Shown here piece by piece: positions 24,379 through 52,742 of a stretch of 64,000 nucleotides of DNA. Position 1 is the stretch's first letter. Every line of letters starts with the position of its first letter. The position numbers and the translations under genes were made by a program. This DNA is from Camelus dromedarius (Eukaryota): contig NC_087447.1 in the NCBI RefSeq assembly GCF_036321535.1, positions 46,750,001 to 46,814,000 on the forward strand. Reading direction: 5' to 3'. A model generated the notes under the pieces. That model was given only the letters and a program-made list of their open reading frames with translations, was not told the DNA's origin and did not search any database.

Positions 24379-27251
24379 CTGCACAATTTAATAAACATGA
24401 ACTGACACCTAGTCTGTGCCACTCGCAGTGCTTGGCACAGAGTCACAGCATTGAAATGGAGGCTCAGAAGAGAGAGAGGACCCTTCTTGCCAGAAGGAAC
24501 ATGGGAGACTTCCTAGAGGAGGTGACATGTGAATAGAGTCTTGCAGGATGAATTGGAGAATAAGGCTTCCATCAGTGGAGGTGGGAGAGAAAAGATTGAA
24601 GTTTGGGGGTGGGAAAGGAGTTTGGGGTGGCAGGAAGAGCAAAGGTATTGGAGGTAGGAACTCTTCAGATGTAGAGTGTAAGATGTTTTGTCTAGTGTGG
24701 CAGAGCTTGCAGTGTGGAAATGTTGGAAAGCCTGGGGCCAGTCCTGAAGGATCTTGACTGCCACAGTGAGAGGGCTGGGCTTCCCCTCATGGGAACGAGA
24801 GGTTGGACCAGGGCAGATCCAGGAGTGCTCGGCGTGGGCCATAGCAAGACTCCAGGGACAGGCTTAAAGCAGGGCTTGGGGATCCAGAGGGTCCTCCTCT
24901 CTCCCTGCAGTCCTCCTGCCACTGAACCTTCTTCCCCTAAGCCCTCAAGTTGCTTCTGGGCCGGGACAGATGGAGACCCAGGTGGTGAGGGAAGGGGGGC
25001 TGGGTGGAGGGAGAGAAGCCTCCTGCACCCTGTGGGTGGGCACACTGAGGACCTGAAGTGGCTCCAAGAAGGTGTCCCAGCCTTATTGATGGACACTTAG
25101 GGATTTTCCCCTAATTTTTTGATACTGTAGTGAATATCCATGTGTGTAAGTCATTGTCTACTTGTATGCATATTTTTATAGGAAAGCTATCAAGGAGATG
25201 ATGCTTAAATGATATGAATAGTGTTCATGTAGATAGCCACTGCCAAGTTGCCATCCAAAAGGCCCAGTTTGCTCTCCCACCAACGGGACAAAAGTGCCCT
25301 TTTCTTCACGTCTTTGCCAACACTGGTATTACTCATCTCTTTTCATTTTCATTTAACTGGTGGGCACAAATGGTATCTAGTTTTTAATTTACATCTCTGC
25401 TCACTAACAGGCTCAATCATAACTTAAATTTTTAATATTTTAAAGTTTTAACTGAATTTTTTAAACGGAGTACATTTTCATTGTTCAGAATTTATAGTCC
25501 ACAAGGCACACAGTGAAATGTCCTTCTCTCACTGATTCCCGAGCCCCAGCCTCAGCCTCATCTCCCTAGAGACAACCAGTGTTCCCATTTCCTGCATATC
25601 CTTCCAGAGACAGTCTGTGCACGTACCAGCAAATTCACAGTGTTTCTGTTTTCCTTCTTTTACACAAATCGTAATACAGTGAGTGGTCCTTTATCTTTGG
25701 GAATCTGATGAAAGCTGAAACTTCTCAGAAAATGGATATATGCGCCTTTACACAAATGTTATACAAATTTCAGGGTAGTTATGTGTCTGCCCCAGTCTCA
25801 CTCAGATTAAGCATCCATGCTCCCTAATCTCCTCTGGTTGTTGGTTGGAGGCTAAATTTTGACAGATTAATGACCTAAGACACTGGAATGTTATATGGCT
25901 ATAATTCTATGAGTCTCCAAATCTAAGATCCTGTAACTGCTAATACATAGTTTAAATTGAGGTGTGAGCTTCTCTGGGCAATGGGGTTAACAGCAGTTTT
26001 TATCAAGCTAGCTCAGGGTGGTTCCTGTGACCTTGCCATCAGAAAAGCTTCATGTAATCCACTATCCCTATTATTCACCCAGTCACCCAAGATGGTCACT
26101 TGGGTTTCCATTCATTCAGTCATTTATCAAATACTAAACTAGTTGCCCACTAATGCTAGGCACAATATGGGTCCATCCTAGATTCTCCTTCCCTTTGCGC
26201 ATCCCCACATCCCCTGCCATGGGTCAGGTCTGCCTCAGCCTCCTCCCTGATCTCCCTGCCTCCACGGTCATCCCTCCTAATCTATGCTGTGCAGCACAGA
26301 GAGGATGTTTCTAAGGCACAGCTGGTCGTGTGTTCCTCAACCTGCTTAAAAACCCTCTGTGCCAAACCTGACTGGGAGAAATATCTCAAAGCACAGAGAT
26401 GAAAATTAAGAGGGAAGAGGTGAAAACACATATTGGGGGTGGGGGGAAGCAACAGAACGAAATAAAACTTCCCTCCATACCCTTAGGACAGAGTCCAGCC
26501 TCCTCATGCTGACGTTTGAAGTCCTCTGTGACCTGGCCCACCATGACCTCTTCAGCCTTGTGCCTTGCTTGGCTTCCACAGTACAGAACCAAGTTCCAGG
26601 TGAGGCGCTGTTCCCTCTGTGTGGCTCTGCACACACGGCCATCTGCTGGGAATGCCTTTGTAATGCTACCTACCCTTTAAGGCTTAGCTCAGGGGCCACT
26701 TCCTCCAGGAAGCCCTCTGACTCCTCTGGGCTTCTATCACCCTGTGCTTTTCTCTGTCACTGTCCTAATCATACTGGGCTGCCCTTCTGTGTCAGTCTCC
26801 CCTTTTGGCCTGTGAGTTCCTTGAGGGCAGATATGATCCACTCTGTGTCTCCAGAGCTCAGCCCAGGGCCAAGCACAGGTGAGGCCTACTGAAATGTTTG
26901 CTGGGAGTCTGAGAGGCTTTCTGGGTGTGGCTAACAATGCAGACCACTGCAGAGCAGGTGGATTGATGACTTAGTGACCAGATTTTGGGGGAATGGGGTA
27001 TGGGCCAGAGTGATGGGGAGGGTCTGGGAGGCCAGGAAGTAGAGGCACTGGGCAGCCCCTTTTCCTATCCCAACTGCCCTCTATCCTTCCTCTCATCCTG
27101 CTCAGGGTACTTCTCTTATCAATTTCCTGTCATGCAGGCCCTCAGTGAACTTTTCCTACTGGGGATGTGACTCCGAATCCCTCCCTAGGAACCCCCAAAT
27201 TTCCCAATGGCCCCAAACCTCCCTAGGTATCCCAAACCTCTCCGTCAAATG

Positions 27252-27615
27252 TGCAATGGCCTGAATGTTTGTGTTGCCCCAAAATCCATATATTAAAAAC
27301 CCTAATGCCCAATGTGGATGTGATAATATTAGAAGGTGGGGCCCTTGGGACATAATTAGTTCATTAGTTCATGAACCCTCATGACTGCGATTACTGTTCT
27401 TAGAAAAGAGACCCTGCAGAACTCCCTAGCCCCTTCGACCATGTGAGGACACAGTGGGAAGGTGCTGGCTATGAACTAGGAAGAGAGCCCTCACCCGACC
27501 AGGCTGGCACCCTGATCTCAGACTTTCAGCCTCCAGAACTGTAAGAAATAAGTGTTCGTTGTTTATAAGTTACCCAGCCTGTAGTGTTTTGTTACAGCAG
27601 CCTGAACCGACTCAA
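27252..27615 (+). mobile_element. MaLR (MLT1-type) solo LTR
   Basis: Starts GGCCTGAATGTTTGTG...CCCAAAATCCATAT and ends CAGCCTCCAGAACTGTAAGAAATAAG...TTTGTTACAGCAGCCTGAAC. Confidence 0.8.
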
Positions 27616-27734
27616 AGCTTGCCTGAAACTTTTCCAGATGACTTCTGTAACTCTATGATTAATACTCCAATTTTCCCTTAAAAAAAACCTCTTCCCCTGC
27701 CCAGTGCCCAAGAGGAGGGTAGTGTGCCCCTTAC

Positions 27735-27892
27735 CTAGACCTTCTCCAGGGTGGGGAAGCTGGTGTTGGTCTCCAGTGATGGCCACCAGGGGAGGGGAAT
27801 GGCGGTTTTCTCCTTTATACCATCAATCCCCCACCCCTGCACCTCCCCCATACAGCTGCTCAGAAATGTGACACTCCCCCATCTATTTCTGG
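27735..27892 (-). promoter_or_regulatory. ART1: Probable ART1 promoter and non-coding exon 1
   Basis: On the minus strand: MEF2-like element 27883-27892, E-box CAGCTG 27853-27858, TATAAA 27814-27819, then about 50 nt ending in the strong donor CTAG|GTAAGG at 27735. Confidence 0.6.
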
Positions 27893-29129
27893 ATGTCTCC
27901 TCAAGGCTCAGGAACACTCACCTCTGCCCAGTCTGCTCTGGGCCAGCACTCTTCTCATGAAAAAGGGAATCCCTGAAGCTAGAGAGAAAGTGGGCCGAAG
28001 CGTCAAGGATCCAGGCTGGGACAACTGCTTCCCCACTGGGTTTGGTCCTGAGTCCAGCACCCCTGGCCTCAGGGAGGATCTTCTTACATTTTGTTCCTTT
28101 CATGTGAGCATGGAAGGAGCATGGAGGTTCAAGGAGAGAGTCCCAGATTAAAGAGGCTGGGCCTTGGTCCCAGCTCCAGCACTAATTGGCCATGTGATGT
28201 TGGAGGACCTCTGCCTCACTCAGGACCCTTGTTCAAGGACTAGATTTGACTCCGTCTCTTGGGGTCTTTCTTGGGGTTCTAGGATTTGGGATGGGAAAAG
28301 CAATTCCTCAAAGCCAGAGGGTAGAGATAGGACAAAGCCATGATACCAGTAGATCTGGTCCCAGGGACTGTCCCTGCAAGTCTAGCTGTCCCAGACAGTA
28401 TCTCCTGTTCCCGCAACTGTAAATGCTGAGGATATGTAGGTGAGATCCTGGTTTTCCACAATAATAGTAAACAGCAGAGTGACTCCTGATTTTCTAATCT
28501 TGGAGCGCTTCGGCATGGCCAATCTCATTGGAAGGGGGCAAAAGAACTTGTCTTGAAGCTGTGTTTGCCTGACAAGCACCCTGGTCTTTCGGGATCCCAC
28601 TCTTTTCACCTCCCTCTCCACCCTCTCCTGAGCTTGGACACAGTTTGTCTTCCTTTTTGGGCTACAGAAAGGATTTTGGAGAAAGCAGGATTCCTGGTGA
28701 AAGTGAAGGAAATTCTTTGGCTGGCAACCTAAGGGGTGAGAGGACTAAGGATAGGGCTGAACTAATGAGCCTGACCAGGACGAAAGCCCTGGGGTAAGTT
28801 TGACCTCCTGTGCCCACCTCAGGTTCATCAGGTAGCAGGCAGCATCTCTTAAATCCTGGCTTTCAGGACCTCCAATTCCTCTGGGGTAATAACCCTCCCA
28901 ACCTGGTGAGGCTCAGGCTGCCAGAACGCTCTTCCCAGAGCTGCTTGCTGATTCCTCAGCTGGCCCCTTCTCGCCTTACCTCTGAGTTGGCATCCAAAAC
29001 TCAGAGCCAGGTTATTTATAGACAAGCCCAGGGAGGTGAGGGGACAGGCTAGTGTTTATAAACATGGGGTCACCTGAATCTGAGAGGTCGGGAGAGAGAA
29101 GGTCTGGGGGCAGGGCTGGACCTTGAGGA

Positions 29130-29990
29130 TCTGAGACAGAGCGCGCAGCATCTGGACCAAGCTTACTGAAGGGAAGCGGGGTAAAGAGACGAGAGGGGGC
29201 TGGGGGGCGCTCAGATGTTGGACCACGGGTGATGCAATATGCGGGCCAAATGCAAATTGCAAGCAAATCAGGCAGTACACAAGTGGTGACCTCTCAGCGG
29301 GCTGGACCGTCGGGGGGGCTCCTCGGCCTAGTGGGCTGGTGACCGGGCCACAGCGGTCAGGGCCCGTCCGAGGGAGAGACCAAGTCTCAAAAGTCCCCTC
29401 CTTCAGCCCTAGTCTTGCTCGAAACAAAGAGGGCCTTGGAGAAAGACGGTGCTGCCCTTTGGAAGGAGAGTTGCGGCACTCAGCCCCTTCCCCCGCCACT
29501 CCCGCTCTCCCCACCCCAGTGTCTGTTGTTGGAGAAGAGAGGTGTCAGGTTACCGCAGCGGGGGCTATAGTTAGCCGCGGGACTTTTTTGATCCATGAGA
29601 CTCCGGGGACTGGGGACAGGGGACAGCGCAGCGCCGGCGCAGACTTTAGCCCCCGCCGCCCTGAACCTTCTGTGCTCTTCCCGCTCGCAGCTTCCGCAAC
29701 CTCCAGGTGGGTCCCCGCCCCCCACGCCCACCTCATCCCCTTCCCTCGCCTATCGGAGCCCAGTTACCGCCCCACGTTTATCAAACCCGGACGGCAAGGG
29801 GGCGACCCGGAGGCCAGGGAGCTGATACTGAGGTTGTGCTGGGAGAAGATAATATCCAAGCCCCGCCCACTCACTTAGGCCCGCCCTTGGTCCCTCCTCA
29901 CGCCCCTCCAGGTCAGGAGCGGGACCAGGGACCCTCACATCACAGAAGAAGGGCTCCTGGTCTCTGTCCCGCAGCCCATCGAAGCCAAGA
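29130..29990. promoter_or_regulatory. CpG-rich ART5 promoter region
   Basis: Raised CpG content and GC boxes (CCCCGCCC) just upstream of the ART5 ATG. Confidence 0.55.
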
Positions 29991-30037
29991 CTCCACTCTC
30001 ATCCGGACCTCACCCTCCTAAGTCTCCCTCAGGGATA

Positions 30038-32644
30038 ATGCTGGTGACTCTGTTGATCGCCCTCAGCTGCCTGGGCCTCCACACCCTCTGGCAGGTAATA
30101 GGCAGGAACTGTCTGCCACAAAGGGAACAGTTCCTGGAAGACCCTGAGGAGGTGAACCCAGAGCCTGACTCCTCAAAGACCCTTCTCAGGGACTGTTCTC
30201 TAGGATGCCAATCCTCTTAATCCTCTTCCTCTCAGGAACCTCCATCCCTGCAGAGAGCCCCAAGTTCCCGTTCCCTCTCCCAGAACTCCCACCTGCACCA
30301 TTGATCCTCCTGTGGTCCTCCTTCCTTCATACCATCCTCCCTAGGGACTGCCTCCAACTTTCTCCTCCCACTTCCTATCTCCCACCACAGGCCTAGCCCA
30401 GGCAAACCGGGTTGGGTTACCTGTACTGCCCTCCTGCAGCCCCTCTCAGACCAGGGACTCCTCCCCACTCCTACCCCAGGTTTGAGGATGTGGGCTTGTA
30501 GAGCAGGAGAGGACTCACGAGTCTCAGACCTGACAATGACTTGGTGTGGTGTCTGAACACTTACATGAGAGGGAGTCTGAGGATGACAATGGGATCAGGT
30601 AATTGGGGATTGGCTGTCCATTTGTATGTCATCTGCATATTGAGTCTTAGATCCAGGATGGCTCTTGAAGGTCATCCAGCCCTACATCCCACCAAATGCA
30701 GAAACCTCTCTAATGATAAAATGACCCCTTTTAGGTAGTACACAAGTGAGGATCTGTATGCTGTCCTTACAATAACTGTATAAAGTTGGAAGTATCCTCA
30801 GTTTATAGGTGGAGAACCTGAAGCCCAGTAAAGTTAGGAGACTTGCCCAAGATCTCACAGGCAGTAGGTGGTGAAGTCAGGATTTGAACCCATGTCTGTC
30901 TGACTCCAGTGCCTGTGTTATTTAAGCCCTTGGGCTCCTGCCAAATTTCATATCCCAGATATTTGGGCATAGAAATGAGCTTTTGTGTTTCTAAATTGAT
31001 CTGCCACCAGGACCTCTGTCCAGTGCCCTGAACTTGTACGTTTTTCTGTGTGGCTCCTCTCTTCTTTATCTCCATAGGCCCAGTCTGTTCCTATCCTGTC
31101 CCTGGGCCTGGCTCCAGACACCTTCGATGATACCTATGTGGGTTGCTCAGAGGAGATGGAGGAGAAGGCAGCCCTTCTGTTAAAGGAGGAGATGGCCTGC
31201 CATGCCCTGCTGCGGGAATCCTGGGAGACAGCCCAGGAGGCCTGGGAGCACAGGCATCGAGGGCTCACCCTGCCCTCTGGCTTCAAAGCCCATCATGGAA
31301 TTGCCATCATGGTCTACACCAACTCATCCAACACTCTGTACCGGGAACTGAACTGGGCCGTGCGGACAGGAGGCAGCTCCTGGGAGGTCTACATGGAGTA
31401 CTTCCCCTTCAAGGCCCTGCATTTCTACCTGACCCGGGCCCTGCAGCTGCTGCGAGGCAGCGGAAGCTGCAGCATGGGACCTGGGGAGGAGGTGTTCCGA
31501 GGCGTGGGCACCCTTCGCTTTGAACCCAAGAGGCTGGGGGACTCTGTCCGCTTGGGCCAGTTTGCCTCCAGCTCCCTGGATGAGTCAGTGGCCCGCAGAT
31601 TTGGTAATGCCACCTTCTTTTTTCTAAGGACTTGCTTTGGGGCCCCAATCCATGCCCTGTCTGTCTTTCCGGAGGAGCGTGAGGTGCTGATACCCCCGCA
31701 TGAAGTCTTCTTGGTCACCAGTTTCTCCCAGGATGGAACCCAGAACCTAGTGACTCTCTCAAGCAGTAATCAGATCTGCAGCCACTTTAACTGCGCCTAT
31801 CTGGGTGGTGAGCCATGCATGAGGGAAGCAGGACTGGCAGGGCGGGTAAAATAAACCAGGATGTCCTTCCCTTCACAACCCCCAGGGCCTTCAGGAGACC
31901 TGCTTGGTTAATGGGGAAGTTGAGTGCTAGAAGTTGACTGGAGTTATTTTTCTCTGTGACTCAGGTTCTGCCAGCTCTGAAAAGGTCCTATAAGTGTTTT
32001 CTGGATCTATGAATAGTCTCAGATAATTTTATAAGTGTTCTTGAAAGGTTCCTTATGCTCTACAGTCTAATAGACCCTAAGAACCTGGTTAAGGAGAGTA
32101 TTAAGCAGAGAAAAGTGACAAGAGTGCTGCTTCCGACCCAGGGGGCCCTGGGAATAAGTGGGACTGACGGGACACATGTGCTATTCCTAAGGGCTGAGGC
32201 AGGGACGGAGTGACTGGGGCCAGGGTGGGAGCAGGGATGGATAGACAATCTGGGAAAATTTCCTGGAAGGAGGAGAAGGGAGGAAAGTCAGAAGTTTGTA
32301 TGTAGGAGAAAGGAAAGATGGATTAAGATGGGGAATGGGCGTGCCAGGGCCTGGTGGGAATGGAAGCTTGGGGTGTGAGGGGCTGTCTATCTGGAGGCCT
32401 CACTATGCTGTTTATTGCAGAGAAGAAGAGGCTGAGCTGTGAGTCTGTGCCAAGTGAGTCAGCCTTCTGCCCCTCCCTCAGCTGCTTTGACTTCCCCTGG
32501 CCTACTGACCCTTCACTGCCTTTTCTTCTCTCTCCAGCAGGAGGGCAGCCAGACTCATCCTCCAAGGGCGCCTTCTCTCTGCTCTCCTGGAAGACCCTGC
32601 TCTTGGCCTCTTGGGGGTTTCAGCTGTTAGTTGCTGGGCCCTGA
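30038..32644 (+). CDS. ART5: Ecto-ADP-ribosyltransferase 5
   Basis: Exons 30038-30094, 31078-31807, 32421-32453, then 32538(or 32541)-32644; an alternative last exon 32667-32737 also fits the phase. Signal peptide MLVTLLIALSCLGLHTLWQ, APDTFDDTYVGC and the R-S-EXE motif (VFRG, FASSS, PEEREVL) are present. Confidence 0.93.
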
Positions 32645-32870
32645 AAGTTCAATGCCTGCCACTTAGGAGTCCTGGGAACTGGTGATTTTCATATGAAGAA
32701 GAGCGGCTTCGAAGAGCCTGGAGAAGCAAGAACATAGTTTCGGACCCAGTGCTGGCAGCCATCTCCCCAACCAGGATGTCGAGGGATCTGAGGCCATGGT
32801 AGGGTGGAGGGAGCCTTGCTATGGTGGTGGGGACTCCCTGGGACAAGGGTACTACTGTGATGGCCACTCA

Positions 32871-32876
32871 ATTAAA
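32871..32876 (+). terminator. ART5 polyadenylation signal
   Basis: ATTAAA followed by GTGTTGTGGTGTGG. Confidence 0.6.
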
Positions 32877-33331
32877 CAGTGTTGTGGTGTGGTGACATCA
32901 AATATCATGATTGGTTTATTCCATGAGATTAGACCATCTGCTCTGTTCTGGCCTTGTGGGACTCAGGGACTGAGGGACTAAAAAGAATAACTTCTTGATC
33001 ACGTTTAGTTATGGTCCCCTGTGCCGACCCCCATCACACACCATAATTTGCAAACCCAGGATCTTTAATAGCCAGAGGTTCCTCACAACAGCCCTGAAGG
33101 CAGGAAGGGGGACAAATGGCTTCCTCGGCCATCTGTCAGATGAAGAATGCACAGCCAAAGAAGGAAGCAACTTGCTTAAGGTTGAAGAGTTAATATTGAA
33201 ACCAGGCCCCCTGCCTCCCAGTCCAGAACCCTTTCCACCAAAGATCTGGAGAAACTCAAAGTAGGACCCTAAGCCCAAGAAACTTGGGACCCCAGAGCAA
33301 GCCGTTTCTCTCTGCCCTGCTCCCACAAGGG

Positions 33332-33422
33332 TTTATTTCAGGAGTGAGGATCTCAATACCTCAAGAGACAGAAATTCTCACACATTCTGGAGGCAAGTGA
33401 CGTCTAGAACAGAGACTTTATT
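33332..33422 (-). terminator. TRPC2 polyadenylation signals
   Basis: Minus-strand AATAAA at 33417-33422 and 33332-33337, downstream of the stop at 33521. Confidence 0.65.
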
Positions 33423-33520
33423 TAGACAAGGGAAGCAGTATTGGCTCCTACTAAGTGACCCCACCTTCACCCATTGAGGCTGCTCTACTTGGCAGCAGAA
33501 GAAGGGAGCCTCCTACTGCA

Positions 33521-51734
<18,214 letters not shown>

Positions 51735-51888
51735 GGCTGCGCCAACTGATGCTGGCAGAGATGGAGGGATGCAACACCTGCCCCGTCAGCTCCCCTGACT
51801 GTGCCCAGCTTCCTCTCTCCTGCCCCTTCAAAACCCCGCCCTGGGCCCTCCCTTTGCCAGGACCAGCTGCTCCCCCTCTGCCCTGTAC

Positions 51889-51934
51889 CCTGGAGACCAG
51901 GGGAACTGGTGTTAGTGCCACACGATGAAATCTT
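51889..51934 (-). CDS. 46-nt linker exon joining XNDC1N to TRPC2 exon 2 in frame
   Basis: CCTTTCCCAG|A AGA TTT CAT CGT GTG GCA CTA ACA CCA GTT CCC CTG GTC TCC AGG|GTACAG, phase 2 to 0. The peptide resembles the long mouse TRPC2 N-terminus as I recall it. Confidence 0.75.
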
Positions 51935-52142
51935 CTGGGAAAGGGAGAGGACATAGTTGCTCAAAGTAGGTGGGTATACAGTTTAGAACATAGGTGGAAG
52001 GGATCTTAGAGACTCTCCGGTCCAACCGCCTCACTGTACTGATGGGGACGGGGACTTGCCCAAGGTTCCACAGCCAGGTTGAGAATCATTCCTTAGTCAT
52101 TAGCCCCTCTGATTCCCATAAACTCTGTGAGCAGGACAGGTT

Positions 52143-52203
52143 TTTATTTTTCCTTCTGTTACTGAGGGTTAACTCTGGGCCCAAGATAAATAACTTGTTT
52201 AAT
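52143..52203 (-). terminator. Candidate polyadenylation signals of stand-alone XNDC1N
   Basis: ATTAAA 52198-52203 and AATAAA 52143-52148 on the minus strand, between the stop at 52743 and the linker exon. Confidence 0.5.
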
Positions 52204-52742
52204 GTCAGCACCATTAACTGATCATCCTAGGGAGGGAACACCTAAAGGACACTGGGAGTTAAGTTCCTGGGAGGCTGGAGGTCAGTCTCATACTCAAAAA
52301 TCACTCTCACCTTCCCAGGACACCACAGGATCTTATCTGTCAGGCAGTGCTTTTCTTTTCCCTGGGCCTCAATTTTCATCTCAGGAAAATGGGCACAAGT
52401 ACACACCACTCACTAAGGGGAAAACATTCTGGACTGTGTCCCAAAGCCCTAGAGAGATCACCAATTCGACCCTGGCAGTTCAAAGAAGAAAGAGATGGAG
52501 CTGCCCATGGGAGAGCAGGGTGCCATAGTGACAGAAGTCTTGACAACTGGGAGCAGGGAGCAGGCTGGACCCAGAGGTACTCTTCGGGAGCATCCTAAGG
52601 GAATGAGTAGAGGGGAGGAGAGGGCGGCTTGGCTTTATCAGCCCTTCTCAGCTGTCAAGAGATCTATTCCCTGGTTTCAGTCACAGAGGGCAGCCTCTGT
52701 GGTGGTGGTACGAGTATGTCCAAAACCACAGGACCTCAGGGC

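Noticed and set aside
29056..30021. Cluster of 100-179 aa ORFs
   Set aside because: Expected from stop-poor GC-rich promoter DNA; no domain recognised.
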